DNA of 64,000 bases from Occultella glacieicola (GCF_004353825.1 NZ_SMNA01000002.1:372001-436000), one strand, 5' to 3'. Shown: positions 1-10,342, counted from the stretch's first letter. Numbers and translations: made by a program. The notes: generated from the sequence alone by a model not told the origin.

Positions 1-484
1 TCAGTCCCAGCCCGCCGCCCGCCGTGGCTGCGACGGTCCCCGCCGCGTAGGCGTCGAGCACGGACTGGCTGACGACGATCACGACGCCGGTCTCGAGCCC
101 GGAGGTGTCCCCCTCGACGAACTCGAGTGCGCCGCCGGTGCCGGAGAGCACGTCCTGGCCGAAGCCGTCCGGAACGATCATGGCCAGGTTGACCTCGCCG
201 TCGGCCACGGCCGTTCGCGCCGTCCCGGCCGACATCTGCTCGACGGTGACGTCGATGACGCCGGTCCCGGTGATCGCCTCGACGAGCGTCCCCGCAACCT
301 CGTCGTCGGCCGGTGCCGATACCGCGACCGTCACGGGCTCGAGCTCGATCTCGTCGGTCCCACCGAAGACGAGGTTGAACACGAACATCAGGGCAAGCGG
401 CACGATCAGCGAGAAGATGATCACCGACTTGTCGCGGATGCGTTGGCGCAGGTCGGAGGTGGTCATCACCCAGAGTTGACGCAT
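1..484 (-). CDS. ABC-2 type transporter permease (partial, runs off left edge)
   Basis: Read by hand: ATG at 484 gives MRQLWVMTTSDLRQRIRDKSVIIFSLIVPLALMFVFNLVFGG..., a typical ABC-2 permease N-terminus; lies 4 nt downstream of the ABC ATPase. Confidence 0.85.
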   Translation of the reverse strand, partial: MRQLWVMTTSDLRQRIRDKSVIIFSLIVPLALMFVFNLVFGGTDEIELEPVTVAVSAPADDEVAGTLVEAITGTGVIDVTVEQMSAGTARTAVADGEVNLAMIVPDGFGQDVLSGTGGALEFVEGDTSGLETGVVIVVSQSVLDAYAAGTVAATAGGGLGL

Positions 485-488
485 CGGA

Positions 489-1454
489 TCAGTCCCGCAG
501 CGCTTTGCCGGTCAGGTGCAGGAAGACCTGCTCGAGGTTCGGGCGGGTGATCTCGACGTCGGCCAGCGTCACGCCCGCCGCGGTGGCTCGGGTGACGAGT
601 TCGGCGACGGCGGTGGGCGCGTCGCGGACGGCGAGGGAGAGTCCGGTCCGGTCGGCGTCGACCTGCTCGACGGCGGCCAGGCCACCCAGGGCGTCGGCGG
701 CCGCGGCGAGGTCACCGGAACCGTCCAGCCGGACCCGGTCCAGCCCTCCGATGAGCCGGATCAGTTCGTCCCGGGTGCCCTCGGCCTGCAGTTGACCCGA
801 GTCGACGATGCCGATGCGGTCGCAGAGCCGCTCGGCCTCCTCCATGTAATGGGTCGTGTACAGCACCGCCATTCCCTCGCCCGACAACGCTTCCACCGAC
901 TCCAGGATCGCGTTGCGCGACTGTGGGTCGACGCCGACGGTCGGCTCGTCGAGGATGAGCAGGGTCGGTCGGTGCAGCAGTCCGATCCCGATGTTCAGGC
1001 GGCGCTTCATACCGCCGGAGTACTCCTTGGCCGGGTCACCGGCTCGGTCGGTCAGCCCCACCAGATCGAGGACCTCGTCGACGCGGGTGGCGAGTTCCTT
1101 GCCGCCCAGGCCCTGCAGCCGGCCGAAGAAGTTCATGTTCTCCCGGCCCTTGAGCTCGGGGTAGATGGCCAGGTCCTGGGGCACGAGCCCGATGTGCCGT
1201 TTCCCGGCGACCCGAGACGGCCCCATCTGCTCACCGAGGACTCGGACCGCTCCGGAGTCGGCGGCGAGCAGCCCGGCGATCATCGAGATCGTCGTGGTCT
1301 TGCCGGCACCGTTGGGCCCGAGCAGACCGTAGGTCTCGCCCGGTGCGATCTCGAAGGAGATGCCGTCGACGGCGGTGAGGTCACCGAACCTGCGCACCAC
1401 CGCCTCGACCTCGAGCACCCGTTGACTCGTCGTGCTACCGCGCTCGTGCGCCAC
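489..1454 (-). CDS. ABC transporter ATP-binding protein (DrrA/NodI-like exporter)
   Basis: Walker A GPNGAGKT, signature YSGGM, Walker B LILDEPT, H-loop TTHYMEEAE; start uncertain (GTG 1454 or ATG 1502). Confidence 0.92.
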   Translation of the reverse strand: MAHERGSTTSQRVLEVEAVVRRFGDLTAVDGISFEIAPGETYGLLGPNGAGKTTTISMIAGLLAADSGAVRVLGEQMGPSRVAGKRHIGLVPQDLAIYPELKGRENMNFFGRLQGLGGKELATRVDEVLDLVGLTDRAGDPAKEYSGGMKRRLNIGIGLLHRPTLLILDEPTVGVDPQSRNAILESVEALSGEGMAVLYTTHYMEEAERLCDRIGIVDSGQLQAEGTRDELIRLIGGLDRVRLDGSGDLAAAADALGGLAAVEQVDADRTGLSLAVRDAPTAVAELVTRATAAGVTLADVEITRPNLEQVFLHLTGKALRD

Positions 1455-1540
1455 TCGGCCCCCAGCAATCGATTCGTCCCCGGTCCGGTGCCATCGTGGC
1501 ATACCCCGGCGCCCACGTGGAGGGCCCGTAGGCTGCGGAT

Positions 1541-2251
1541 GTGCACCCCTCTCGCGCCGGACTCACCGATCTCGCGGCCAGGGCCGCCGCGGGGCGCTTC
1601 GAGCCGCTCGGCGGGGCACACGCCTACTCGCGGGAGGCCGCCAAGGGTTTCCGGCGGTCCGGGGTGCTGTTGCTATTCACCCCGACGGCGTCCCCCGGCT
1701 CGGGCGCGGACTCGAACTCGGGTCAGGGTCTGGACCTGTTCCTGGTCCAGCGGTCCCCGTTGCTGCGGCACCATCCGGGGCAGATCGCGCTCCCGGGTGG
1801 ACGGCTCGAGCCCGGTGAGGACGCGGTCGCCGCCGCCGTGCGCGAGGCGCACGAGGAGACCGGGATCAGTCCCGACCAGGTGGAGGTCCTCGGGCCGATC
1901 CCGCCGGTCCTGGTGCCGCTGAGCGAGTTCGTGGTCACGCCCGTCCTGGCCTGGTCGGAGACCGCCCACGCGGGCGACGAGGTGGAACCCGGAGAGGTGC
2001 TGCACACGCTTCGGGTCCCGGTGGCCGAACTACTCGACCCGGCGGCCCGGGCGACCGTGCGGATGGGCGGCTTCGACAGTCACGGGTTCCGCCGCCCGAC
2101 CGGGTGGGTGTGGGGCTTCACCGGGAACCTGCTCGACCACGTCTTCGACCAGTTGGGGTGGGCGCTGCCGTGGGACCGCGGGACCGTCTACCGGATGGGC
2201 TGGGACGAGGCCCGCGGCGCGGGCCTGCTCCCGGACGCCGGCGAGGCGTAG
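1541..2251 (+). CDS. Nudix hydrolase, CoA pyrophosphatase family
   Basis: HPGQIALPGG plus Nudix box REAHEETG and C-terminal VWGFTG; TAGGCT 6 nt before the GTG start. Confidence 0.9.
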   Translation: MHPSRAGLTDLAARAAAGRFEPLGGAHAYSREAAKGFRRSGVLLLFTPTASPGSGADSNSGQGLDLFLVQRSPLLRHHPGQIALPGGRLEPGEDAVAAAVREAHEETGISPDQVEVLGPIPPVLVPLSEFVVTPVLAWSETAHAGDEVEPGEVLHTLRVPVAELLDPAARATVRMGGFDSHGFRRPTGWVWGFTGNLLDHVFDQLGWALPWDRGTVYRMGWDEARGAGLLPDAGEA

Positions 2252-2280
2252 TCGCGGGCCGATTACTCCGGGCCGACTAC

Positions 2281-5200
2281 TCAGGGGCCCGGCGTGGCCG
2301 GAGCCGGGCGAGCAGGATCCTCGGGTTCGCGCCGAGCCGGGGGCAGGTGCCCGAACCGGTGCCGGGTGCTGCTGATCGCCTGTTCGCGCAGCACGGCGAG
2401 CATCTCCCGCCGCCCGGACGCGAGCACCTCCCCGGTGAGCAGGGTGACGTCGGCTTCCGGCGCGGCGGTGGCGGACCAGAGGTCGTCGGGCCGGCCGATC
2501 ACCCTGACCCGGCCGCGTACGTCCCCGGCCGCGATCCGGTCGGCGAACTCCTGCGCCGACTCGGTGCGCCAGCCCATGTATCCGATCGCCCGGGCCTGGT
2601 CCGTGCCGGTCCCGGCGGCGGTGTTCGCGGCGGCCGCGACGTCCGGCGCCAGACTGACGCTGACCGGAACCCCGGCGCACTCGGCGGCGAGCGCGACCCG
2701 CGCCACCTCGATCGGGAGCGTGCGTGCCTGGGCGCGGATGGTCAGGTACGGGATCGGACGGTACCGGAACACGTTGGACTCGCTGCGCAGCGCGGACGGG
2801 TCGGCCTCGGCCCGGAACACGTCGTCGCGGGCGGCCGCGTCGGATCCCATCGACACCTCGAGCCACTCGCTCTCACCGGGATCGGTGGTGAGCGCGGAGA
2901 GGGTCCGGGCCATCGTCCGTACCCGGGTGCCCGGTGTCCCGGACCCCTCGGGTCGGTGTTCCTGGATCCAGCTGCCCAGCTGGGCCACGTAGTTCGGGCC
3001 GCCGGCCTTGGCCCCGGGCCCGACGGTGGACCGCTTCCAGCCCCCGAAGGACTGACGGCGCACGATGGCGCCGGTCGTGTGCCGGTTGACGTAGCCGTTG
3101 CCGACCTCGATCCGGCTCTCCCACCGGGCGATCTCGTCCTCGTCGAGGCTGTGCAGTCCGCCGGTGAGGCCGTACGGCACCGCGTTCGCGAGCTCGATCG
3201 CCTCGTCGAGGGTCCTGGCGGTCATGACGCCGAGGACCGGTCCGAAGTACTCGGTGAGGTGGAACGGGGAGCCCGGCCAGACACCCTCCTTGACCCCGGG
3301 CGACCAGAGCCGGCCGGAGGGGTCCAACTGGCGCGGCTGGACCATCCAGGTCTCGCCCGGTTCGAGACGGGTGAGCGCGTCCAGCAGTTTGCCCTGTGCC
3401 GGCTCGATGATCGGACCCATGGTGGTGCCGAGCTCCTCAGGCCAGCCGACCCGCATCGAGGCCACGGCGTCGATGAGGTGCCGTCGGAACCGTTCCGAAC
3501 CGGCCACCGAGCCGACCAGGATGACGAGCGAGGCGGCCGAGCACTTCTGGCCGGCGTGCCCGAACGCGCTCCGGACCACGTCCGCGACGGCCAGGTCGTA
3601 GTCCGCGCTCGGGGTGACGATCAGCGCGTTCTTGCCGCTGGTCTCCGCGAACACCCCGGGTCCGCCGTCGTGGTCCGCTCGCCACTGCGTGAACATCCGG
3701 GCGGTCTCCCAGGCCCCGGTCAGGATGACGGTCTCGACCTGCGGGTGTGCGACCAGGTGCCGACCGACCTCGTCCTCGGCGACCCGCACCACGCCGAGCA
3801 CGTCGCGGTCGTACCCGTGGTCGACCAGGGCTGCGTGGATCGCCTCCACGATCACCTCGGTGCAGCCTGGCACCGCGGGGGCCGGCTTGATGATGGCCGG
3901 CGACCCGGCGGCGAGCGCGGCCAGCACGCCACCGGCGGGGATCGCGACCGGGAAGTTCCAGGGCGGGGTCACCAGCACCAGACCGGTCGGGGTGAAGGCC
4001 AGGCCCTCGGCCCCGGAAAGCGCCTCGAGTTCGAGGGCGGAGTCCGCGTAGTAGCGGGCGAAGTCGACCGCCTCGGAGACCTCCGGGTCGGCCTCGGCCA
4101 CGGTCTTGCCGCCCTCGTGGGCCATCTGCGTCAGGAGGTCCCCCCGGCGCGCCTCGATGGCGTCGGCGGCGGTGCGCAGCACGGCCGCCCGTTCGGCAGC
4201 CGGTAGTCCCGCCCAGGTGGCGCCCGCCCGCCGGGCCCGGGTGACGACGTCGTCCACCTGGGCGATGCTCGTCAGCTCCGGTGAGGTGAGCTCGCGGGGT
4301 GCGGCCTCGAGGGCGGTCATGGCCCAGTCCCGGCTGCTCGCCACGGCCGGGTCGGAGTCGGTGGTGTTCGCGAAGCCGGCACCCGCGGGCCGACGCTCCC
4401 GGGTGCGCCGCGGCTGGTCGGAGACCGTGCCACGGTCCGCGACGCTCGCCCGGAACCGTGCCTCCTGCTCGGCCATCACGGCCTGTTGGTCCGGGCCGTC
4501 GTGGTGGCCACCCGCGAAGAGTGCGTGCAGGAAGTTCTCCGGGGCGGCGTTCTCCTCGAGGCGGCGTACCAGGTAGGACACGGCCACGTCGAAGTCGGCC
4601 GGGGCGACCACCGGGGTGTACAGGATGAGCGGGCCGCCCTCGCGCAGGTCGGCGGCCACCGCCCGGGCCTGGGCGGGTGCCATGCCCTGGAGCATCTCGA
4701 CGTCGAGCATCCCGGGCGCGCCGCGGTGGGCGGCGAGCAGGTGTGCCAGGGCGACGTCGAACAGGTTGTGCGAGGCCACCCCGAGGCGCAGTGCGCCGAG
4801 GTGTTCCGGGCGCAGCACCTCGTCGAGGGCCCGCACGTAGTTCGCGTCCACGTCGGCCTTCGTCGGGTACGGCGCCTGGGTCCAGCCGTGCAACTCGGCC
4901 TCGACCCGCTCCATCGCCAGGTTCGCACCCTTGACGAGTCGGACCTTCACGGGTGCGCCGCCGAGGTCACGCCGACGCCGTGCGAACGCGATCAGCCGGC
5001 GTAGGGCCCGCGCGGAGTCGGGCAGGTAGGCCTGGAGCGCGATGCCGGCCTCGAGCCCGAGGAACTCCGGCTCGAGGCAGATCTCCTCGAACACCTCGAG
5101 GGTGAGGTCGAGATCGCGGTACTCCTCCATGTCCAGGTTCACGAACGCGGCCGGGGTCTTCGCGGCGGCGACCCGGTACAGCGGCCGGAGCCGCTCGAGC

Positions 5201-5880
5201 ACTCGCTTGGTGGTGCCGACCGTGTCCCATGTGCTGATCTGGGAGACGAGCGCGGAGACCTTGATCGAGATGTAGTCGACGTCCGGGCGTTCGAGCAGTT
5301 CCCGGGTTCGCTCGGCGCGGCGAAGGGCCTCCATCTCGCCGTGGACGTGCTCCCCGAGCAGGTTCACGTTCAGCCGGTAGCCCTCCGCCCGCGCCTTCGC
5401 CAGGTGGGCTCCGAGGGCGGGGTCGTTGGCATCGACCACCAGGTGCCCGACGAGGTGCCGCAGCCGTTGCCGGGCGAGCGGGACCACCACCCCGGGGGCC
5501 AGTCCGGCCACCGCGGAACCGAGCCCGAGGAGCCCCCGGTCCGCCGCGGACAGGAAGCCACCGGCGGCGTCGGCACGGATCCGGCCCAGTTCGTCGGCCG
5601 CGACCTTCAGGTCCTCCGGGCGGGCCACCTTATCCACGAACCGGACCGCCAGGTCGAGGCCGGCCGGGTCCGCCACGAGCGCCGCGAGGCGTGCGGTGGC
5701 GCGACGCTCGGCGCCGCTCTCTCCCGCATGGGTCGCACTCGCCCAGCGGTGAGCGAGCCCCACCGCCTCCTCGACGAGGTCCTCGACCGTGGGCAGCCGA
5801 CCGGCCGCGGCGGCCGGCACGGGGGGCGCCGGAGGCGTTCGTGGGGCCGGTTCCGGGATGGGGTCGGTCGGGACGGTCAT
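2281..5880 (-). CDS. putA: Bifunctional proline dehydrogenase / P5C dehydrogenase
   Basis: PRODH motifs NLDMEEY, RLVKGAN, VASHN, YLVRRLEEN; ALDH motifs PWNFP, AETSGKN, AGQKCSA, EYFGP; start placed at MTVPTD. Confidence 0.95.
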   Translation of the reverse strand: MTVPTDPIPEPAPRTPPAPPVPAAAAGRLPTVEDLVEEAVGLAHRWASATHAGESGAERRATARLAALVADPAGLDLAVRFVDKVARPEDLKVAADELGRIRADAAGGFLSAADRGLLGLGSAVAGLAPGVVVPLARQRLRHLVGHLVVDANDPALGAHLAKARAEGYRLNVNLLGEHVHGEMEALRRAERTRELLERPDVDYISIKVSALVSQISTWDTVGTTKRVLERLRPLYRVAAAKTPAAFVNLDMEEYRDLDLTLEVFEEICLEPEFLGLEAGIALQAYLPDSARALRRLIAFARRRRDLGGAPVKVRLVKGANLAMERVEAELHGWTQAPYPTKADVDANYVRALDEVLRPEHLGALRLGVASHNLFDVALAHLLAAHRGAPGMLDVEMLQGMAPAQARAVAADLREGGPLILYTPVVAPADFDVAVSYLVRRLEENAAPENFLHALFAGGHHDGPDQQAVMAEQEARFRASVADRGTVSDQPRRTRERRPAGAGFANTTDSDPAVASSRDWAMTALEAAPRELTSPELTSIAQVDDVVTRARRAGATWAGLPAAERAAVLRTAADAIEARRGDLLTQMAHEGGKTVAEADPEVSEAVDFARYYADSALELEALSGAEGLAFTPTGLVLVTPPWNFPVAIPAGGVLAALAAGSPAIIKPAPAVPGCTEVIVEAIHAALVDHGYDRDVLGVVRVAEDEVGRHLVAHPQVETVILTGAWETARMFTQWRADHDGGPGVFAETSGKNALIVTPSADYDLAVADVVRSAFGHAGQKCSAASLVILVGSVAGSERFRRHLIDAVASMRVGWPEELGTTMGPIIEPAQGKLLDALTRLEPGETWMVQPRQLDPSGRLWSPGVKEGVWPGSPFHLTEYFGPVLGVMTARTLDEAIELANAVPYGLTGGLHSLDEDEIARWESRIEVGNGYVNRHTTGAIVRRQSFGGWKRSTVGPGAKAGGPNYVAQLGSWIQEHRPEGSGTPGTRVRTMARTLSALTTDPGESEWLEVSMGSDAAARDDVFRAEADPSALRSESNVFRYRPIPYLTIRAQARTLPIEVARVALAAECAGVPVSVSLAPDVAAAANTAAGTGTDQARAIGYMGWRTESAQEFADRIAAGDVRGRVRVIGRPDDLWSATAAPEADVTLLTGEVLASGRREMLAVLREQAISSTRHRFGHLPPARREPEDPARPAPATPGP

Positions 5881-5936
5881 GCTCCCATCTTGCGCGGTCC
5901 GGCCCCAGGACGTCATGTCGCGGGCGGGGTGTCGCA

Positions 5937-6914
5937 TCAGTGCCGGGCGACGATCTCGTCGAACATCGCCTCGAGTCTCGGGTCGCCGGTCGGTCCGCTG
6001 CCCTGCTCGAGGTGCCAGGCCACGGACTCGGCGAAGCCCTGTTCCACCGTGGTGGTCGGCGCGAAGTCCGGCACGAAGGAGCGGATCTTGCTGTTGTCCA
6101 AGACGAAGGAGTTCGCCTTGTCGCCGAGCATGCCGGCCCCGAAGTCGGCATCGACGGCGGCGATCTCGAGCGCCGGCACGTGCAGCAGGTTCGCCTCCAC
6201 GTCGAGGGCCTCGGCCAGGATCGTGAAGATCTCGTTCCAGGTGGGCGCGAAGTCCGAGGTGATGTGGAATGCCTCACCGACCGCGTCCGACCGTCCGAGC
6301 AGGCCGACGAACCCGACGGCGAAGTCCCGGGCATGGGTGAGCGTCCACTGCGTGGTGCCGTCGCCGACCACGACCACGGGAGCGCCACGCAACATCCGGG
6401 CGGCGTCGGTCCAGCCCCCCGACGTGGGGATCCGGGTTCGGTCGTAGGTGGCCGAGGGCCGCACCACGGTCACCGGGAAGCCCCGGTCGGCGTGCGCGGC
6501 CAGGAGGATCTCCTCGCTCGCCGCCTTGTCCCGGGAGTACTGCCAGTACGGGTTCTCCAGCGGTGTCTCCTCGGTGACCGGAAGCACCGCCGGCGGCGTC
6601 TGGTAGGCCGAGGCGGAACTGATGTAGACGAACTGGCCGGTGCGCCCGGCGAAGAACTCGACGTCCGCGCGTGCGTGCTCCGGGGTGAACGAGCGGAACT
6701 GGGCCACCGCGTCGAACTCCCGCCCGGCGAGCGCCGCGCCGAGCGCGGCGGTGTCGTGGGCGTCCGCGTGCAGCACCTCGACGTCCTCGGGAAGCGCCCG
6801 GGTGTGCGTGGTCCCACGGTTCAGCACGGTCACGGCCATCCCGCGCGAGCGGGCGAGTTCCACACTGGCCGCGCTGATCTGTCCGTTCCCACCGATGAAC
6901 AACACACTCGTCAC
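5937..6914 (-). CDS. NAD-dependent epimerase/dehydratase (extended SDR)
   Basis: Rossmann IGGNGQI, YISSAS, catalytic YxxxK (YSRDK); GAGGAG RBS. Confidence 0.9.
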   Translation of the reverse strand: MTSVLFIGGNGQISAASVELARSRGMAVTVLNRGTTHTRALPEDVEVLHADAHDTAALGAALAGREFDAVAQFRSFTPEHARADVEFFAGRTGQFVYISSASAYQTPPAVLPVTEETPLENPYWQYSRDKAASEEILLAAHADRGFPVTVVRPSATYDRTRIPTSGGWTDAARMLRGAPVVVVGDGTTQWTLTHARDFAVGFVGLLGRSDAVGEAFHITSDFAPTWNEIFTILAEALDVEANLLHVPALEIAAVDADFGAGMLGDKANSFVLDNSKIRSFVPDFAPTTTVEQGFAESVAWHLEQGSGPTGDPRLEAMFDEIVARH

Positions 6915-7000
6915 GACGTATCTCCTCGAGAGCAGGCCCCGGGATGGCCGGGGCGGGCCGGGGTCGGCTCGGCCATGGCGCCGCGCCGACAGGTACGAAC

Positions 7001-8017
7001 CTACCTGCGTGCGGCCAACCAGGCGTCCTCGGCCGCGTAGTCGAACAGGTCCGCCCCACTGGCCGCGAAGTCCCCGAACACCTCGCGCCAGTCCCGCCCG
7101 GCGCTCGCGCGCTCGACCCAGTCCAGGTACGGCCCCAGCGAGGACACGTAGTCGACGACCGGGCGGTAGCCGAGTTCCGTGGCGGCGCCGGACATGTCCA
7201 CCACGAACGGCCCGGGCACCCCCCAGGGGTTGAGGCCGAGGTTGCCCACGGGCTCACCGGGCAGCGGGTGCACGGTGACCTCGCGGGCGCGGGCCGCGTA
7301 CACCGCCGTGACGATCTCCGCGCTGGTGGGCACCACCGGGTCCCCCGCGTTCAGGACCCGCCGGCCAGGCCGAGCGCCCGCGAGACGGATCAACTCGGCG
7401 ATGTTCTCCACCGCGCTCGGGTGGAACCGGGACCGACCCTCGTGCGCGAGCACCACGTCGGTCCGGCCGTCGAGGACCCGCTTGAGCGCGAACCACTCTC
7501 GCGGGTTCTGCGCGAAGGCGCCGTGGATCGCGCCCGGGCGCAGCACCGTGGCCGGGACGTCCGCGGCGAGCCACGCCTGCTCGAGCTCCACCTTCCCCTC
7601 CGCGTACCCACCCCGGCCGGGTTGCGCCGTCGGGCCGTCCTCGCGCACCCCGACCGGAAGGTGCGGGAACTCCGGCCCGCCCAGCAACCGCCCGTCAGCG
7701 TCGGCGTAGACGGCCATGGAGGAGATCACGACGGCGGAGCCCAGGCCGGCGCGGTGGCGCAGCACCTGCTCGGCGTGCGTCGAGTCGAAGGCCACGCAGT
7801 CCACGAGCAGGTCGACGCCGTCGCCGACGGCGGCGGCCAGCACCGCCTCGTCGGCCCGGTCGCCGCGGACCTCGTGCACGCCGGCCTCGGCGAGGTCCGG
7901 CTCGAGCGGGCGGCTGCCCCGGTGCAGGACCCGCACCTGCCAGCCGTCCGCGGCGAGCGCGAGGGCCGTCGGGACACCGATCTGTCCGTTGCCTCCGATG
8001 ATCAGCGCGGTGCCCAT
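7001..8017 (-). CDS. NAD-dependent epimerase/dehydratase (extended SDR)
   Basis: C-terminal 338 aa of the 7001..9589 ORF; MGTALIIGGNGQIG, ISSMAVY, YAEGK, LRPGAIHG. Confidence 0.88.
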   Translation of the reverse strand: MGTALIIGGNGQIGVPTALALAADGWQVRVLHRGSRPLEPDLAEAGVHEVRGDRADEAVLAAAVGDGVDLLVDCVAFDSTHAEQVLRHRAGLGSAVVISSMAVYADADGRLLGGPEFPHLPVGVREDGPTAQPGRGGYAEGKVELEQAWLAADVPATVLRPGAIHGAFAQNPREWFALKRVLDGRTDVVLAHEGRSRFHPSAVENIAELIRLAGARPGRRVLNAGDPVVPTSAEIVTAVYAARAREVTVHPLPGEPVGNLGLNPWGVPGPFVVDMSGAATELGYRPVVDYVSSLGPYLDWVERASAGRDWREVFGDFAASGADLFDYAAEDAWLAARR

Positions 8018-8050
8018 CGACCCACGGTAGGCCGCAAGTACCCTGCCTGC

Positions 8051-9202
8051 ATGACATCGGGGCAGACATCCGAGCGGTCGCCGGCGCGGACCCGGGCGGC
8101 CACGGCGGACATCGCGGCGTGCGAGCGCACGTTCCGCCGGTACGGCCTGCCGCTGCTCGTGCACGGACACTCGTCCCGCCGTGACGTGTACGGCCGGGCG
8201 GCACCGTTCCTCGTGGTGGTGATGCTGCTCGAGGTGTTCGCCGCGGTGCGGCTCGACTGGGCCTGGTGGGTGAACCTGGCCGTCCTGGTCGGGGCGATCG
8301 CGCTGCTGTTCGCGGGGTACGCCGGCCTGAACGTGCTGCGGGGCCGGCCGTGGTCGACCCTGCCCCAGGACGTCGGTACCCCCGAGTTGGTGTTCTTCGT
8401 GCTCGCACCGGCGCTGCTGCCCGCGGTCTTCGGGGCGCAATGGATCACCGGGATCTCGGTGGCGGTCGGCAACGTGGTGCTCCTGGTCATCGTGCGCGGG
8501 GTGGTCGGCTACGGACTGGCCGCGACGCTGTGGTGGGGCCTGTCCCGGGTCGGCAAGGAGCTTGGCGACTCCCTGCTGCGGCTGATCCGGTTCCTGCCGT
8601 TGCTGCTGATCTTCTCGATCGCGCTCTTCTACACCACCGAGGTGTGGCAGGTGTTCGACCACACCCCGGGCGCCTCGGACCTGATCCTCGGCGCGTTCTT
8701 CGTGGCATTGATCGTGCTCATCCTGCGGGTCCGGCTGTCCCGGGAAACGGCGGAGATCCTCGAGCGGGCCGAGCAGGAGGTCCCGGAGGCTGCGGACCTG
8801 CCATCGTTGACGCGTCCGCAGCGGGTGAACTTCGCGGCCATGGTCGGCGCGAACCAGCTGCTCCAGGTGATCGTGGTGAGTCTCGGCGTCGGGGTGTTCT
8901 TCCTGGCCCTCGGCGTCCTCACGATCACCCCGGGCCTGATGGCCGAGTGGGCGATCGACGGCGGCAGCTGGCGCGAGGAGGTGAACCTGTTCGGTGACAC
9001 GCTGGTGCTCAGCCAGACCCTGATCAGGGTGTCGGTGGCCATGGCCACGTTCACGGGGTTGTACTACGCGATCTCGGTGCTCACCGACGCGGTGTACCGG
9101 GTCGACTTCATCGACGACATGGCGGTCAAGATGGCCGACGTCGCCGCCCACCGGGTCCGCTACCAGCGGCTGCTCGCCGACCGGGACGTCGGGGCCACCT
9201 GA
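8051..9202 (+). CDS. Conserved multi-pass membrane protein of unknown function
   Basis: C-terminal part of the 6944..9202 ORF from MTSGQT; many hydrophobic segments and GC3-biased codons; TACCCT 6 nt before the ATG. Confidence 0.8.
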   Translation: MTSGQTSERSPARTRAATADIAACERTFRRYGLPLLVHGHSSRRDVYGRAAPFLVVVMLLEVFAAVRLDWAWWVNLAVLVGAIALLFAGYAGLNVLRGRPWSTLPQDVGTPELVFFVLAPALLPAVFGAQWITGISVAVGNVVLLVIVRGVVGYGLAATLWWGLSRVGKELGDSLLRLIRFLPLLLIFSIALFYTTEVWQVFDHTPGASDLILGAFFVALIVLILRVRLSRETAEILERAEQEVPEAADLPSLTRPQRVNFAAMVGANQLLQVIVVSLGVGVFFLALGVLTITPGLMAEWAIDGGSWREEVNLFGDTLVLSQTLIRVSVAMATFTGLYYAISVLTDAVYRVDFIDDMAVKMADVAAHRVRYQRLLADRDVGAT

Positions 9203-9235
9203 TGCCCGCGGGCGCCGGGTCGATAGGCTCCCGTC

Positions 9236-9790
9236 ATGGCCATCCTGCACCGGGCAACCCTCACGCCGACCAAGCTGGAACTGCTCGAGACCTGGCTGGA
9301 CACGCCGGCGTCCGGGGGGCTCGACGGGGCCGGGAGGCTGCGCCAGGTGGGCAACTACCGCTTCGACGACCCCGACGGTGAGGTCGGCGTCGAGGCGTTG
9401 CTGATCACCCGGGGCGGCCCCGTCCGCCAAGCCGTGCTGACCTATCGGGCCGCACCGCTGGCGGGGGCGGAGCAGCATCTGATCGCCACCATGGAGCACT
9501 CGGTCCTCGGCCGCCGCTGGGTCTACGACGGCCAGGGCGACCCGGTGGCGCTGGCGGTGTACCGGCGTGCCCTCGCCGGACGCCAGCATCAGGCGGCCCT
9601 CGAGGTCTGGGTGGGCGACACCCTCGTCGAGACGCGCCCGCCGACGGTGCGCCTGACCGTGTGGGATCCCGCCGCGTCACCGGAGGGACTGACCGTGCGT
9701 CTGCTCCGCGAGCCCGGTGTCGTCGAGACCGGATCCCCCGCTCTGGTGGCCGCCTGGGAGGGCGGGGAGGGCGTGGTCGCCACCGCCTGA
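9236..9790 (+). CDS. Maltokinase N-terminal cap-like domain protein
   Basis: MAILHRATLTPTKLELL, YRFDDPDGEVGVE and MEHSVLGRRWVYD are typical of this actinobacterial family. Confidence 0.8.
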   Translation: MAILHRATLTPTKLELLETWLDTPASGGLDGAGRLRQVGNYRFDDPDGEVGVEALLITRGGPVRQAVLTYRAAPLAGAEQHLIATMEHSVLGRRWVYDGQGDPVALAVYRRALAGRQHQAALEVWVGDTLVETRPPTVRLTVWDPAASPEGLTVRLLREPGVVETGSPALVAAWEGGEGVVATA

Positions 9791-9837
9791 GGATCCACCC
9801 CACGCGGGTCACGGCTCCGACGTGGCACGATCGGGGC

Positions 9838-10263
9838 ATGGAAGCCACCTCCCCGGGCGCCCTCTGGGCCGACCGCACCGGCAAGCGGACCTACACCGGC
9901 CACAACGCCCGCGGCGCACAGGTCCTGATCGGACCCGATGACGCCGAAGGGGTGTTCTCCCCCGGTGAGCTGCTGAAGATCTCGCTCGCGGCGTGCAACC
10001 TGATGAGCGCCGACTGGCCGCTGTCCCGGCGGCTCGGACGCGACTTCCGCGCCTCGGTCGGGGTGGAGACCGAGAAGGTCGAGGACGAGAACCGGTACGG
10101 CTCGGGCCGGGTCGAGATCGTCCTCGACCTGTCCGAGCTCGACGAGCAGGGCCGGGCGGACCTGGAGGAGGTGGTGCGCCGCGCCGTGGAGCGCGGTTGC
10201 ACGGTGGGGCGCACACTGGAGGCCGGAATGCCCCACACGCTGAGCGTCACCGACGCCCGTTAG
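9838..10263 (+). CDS. OsmC family protein
   Basis: FSPGELLKISLAAC and second Cys motif CTVGRTL. Confidence 0.85.
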   Translation: MEATSPGALWADRTGKRTYTGHNARGAQVLIGPDDAEGVFSPGELLKISLAACNLMSADWPLSRRLGRDFRASVGVETEKVEDENRYGSGRVEIVLDLSELDEQGRADLEEVVRRAVERGCTVGRTLEAGMPHTLSVTDAR

Positions 10264-10342
10264 CGCGGGCGCGCCGCCGGGCGACGGTGATACTCGGCGG
10301 CCGCGGCACCCGCCATACGTCAGGAACCAACGAGGAGGACCG

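Noticed and set aside
5630..5638. DnaA-box-like TTATCCACG
   Set aside because: One mismatch, inside putA, and explained by the codons for V-D-K
6944..9589. Apparent 862-aa and 752-aa overlapping antisense ORFs
   Set aside because: Each is a real gene (7001-8017 minus; 8051-9202 plus) extended through the other's antisense strand
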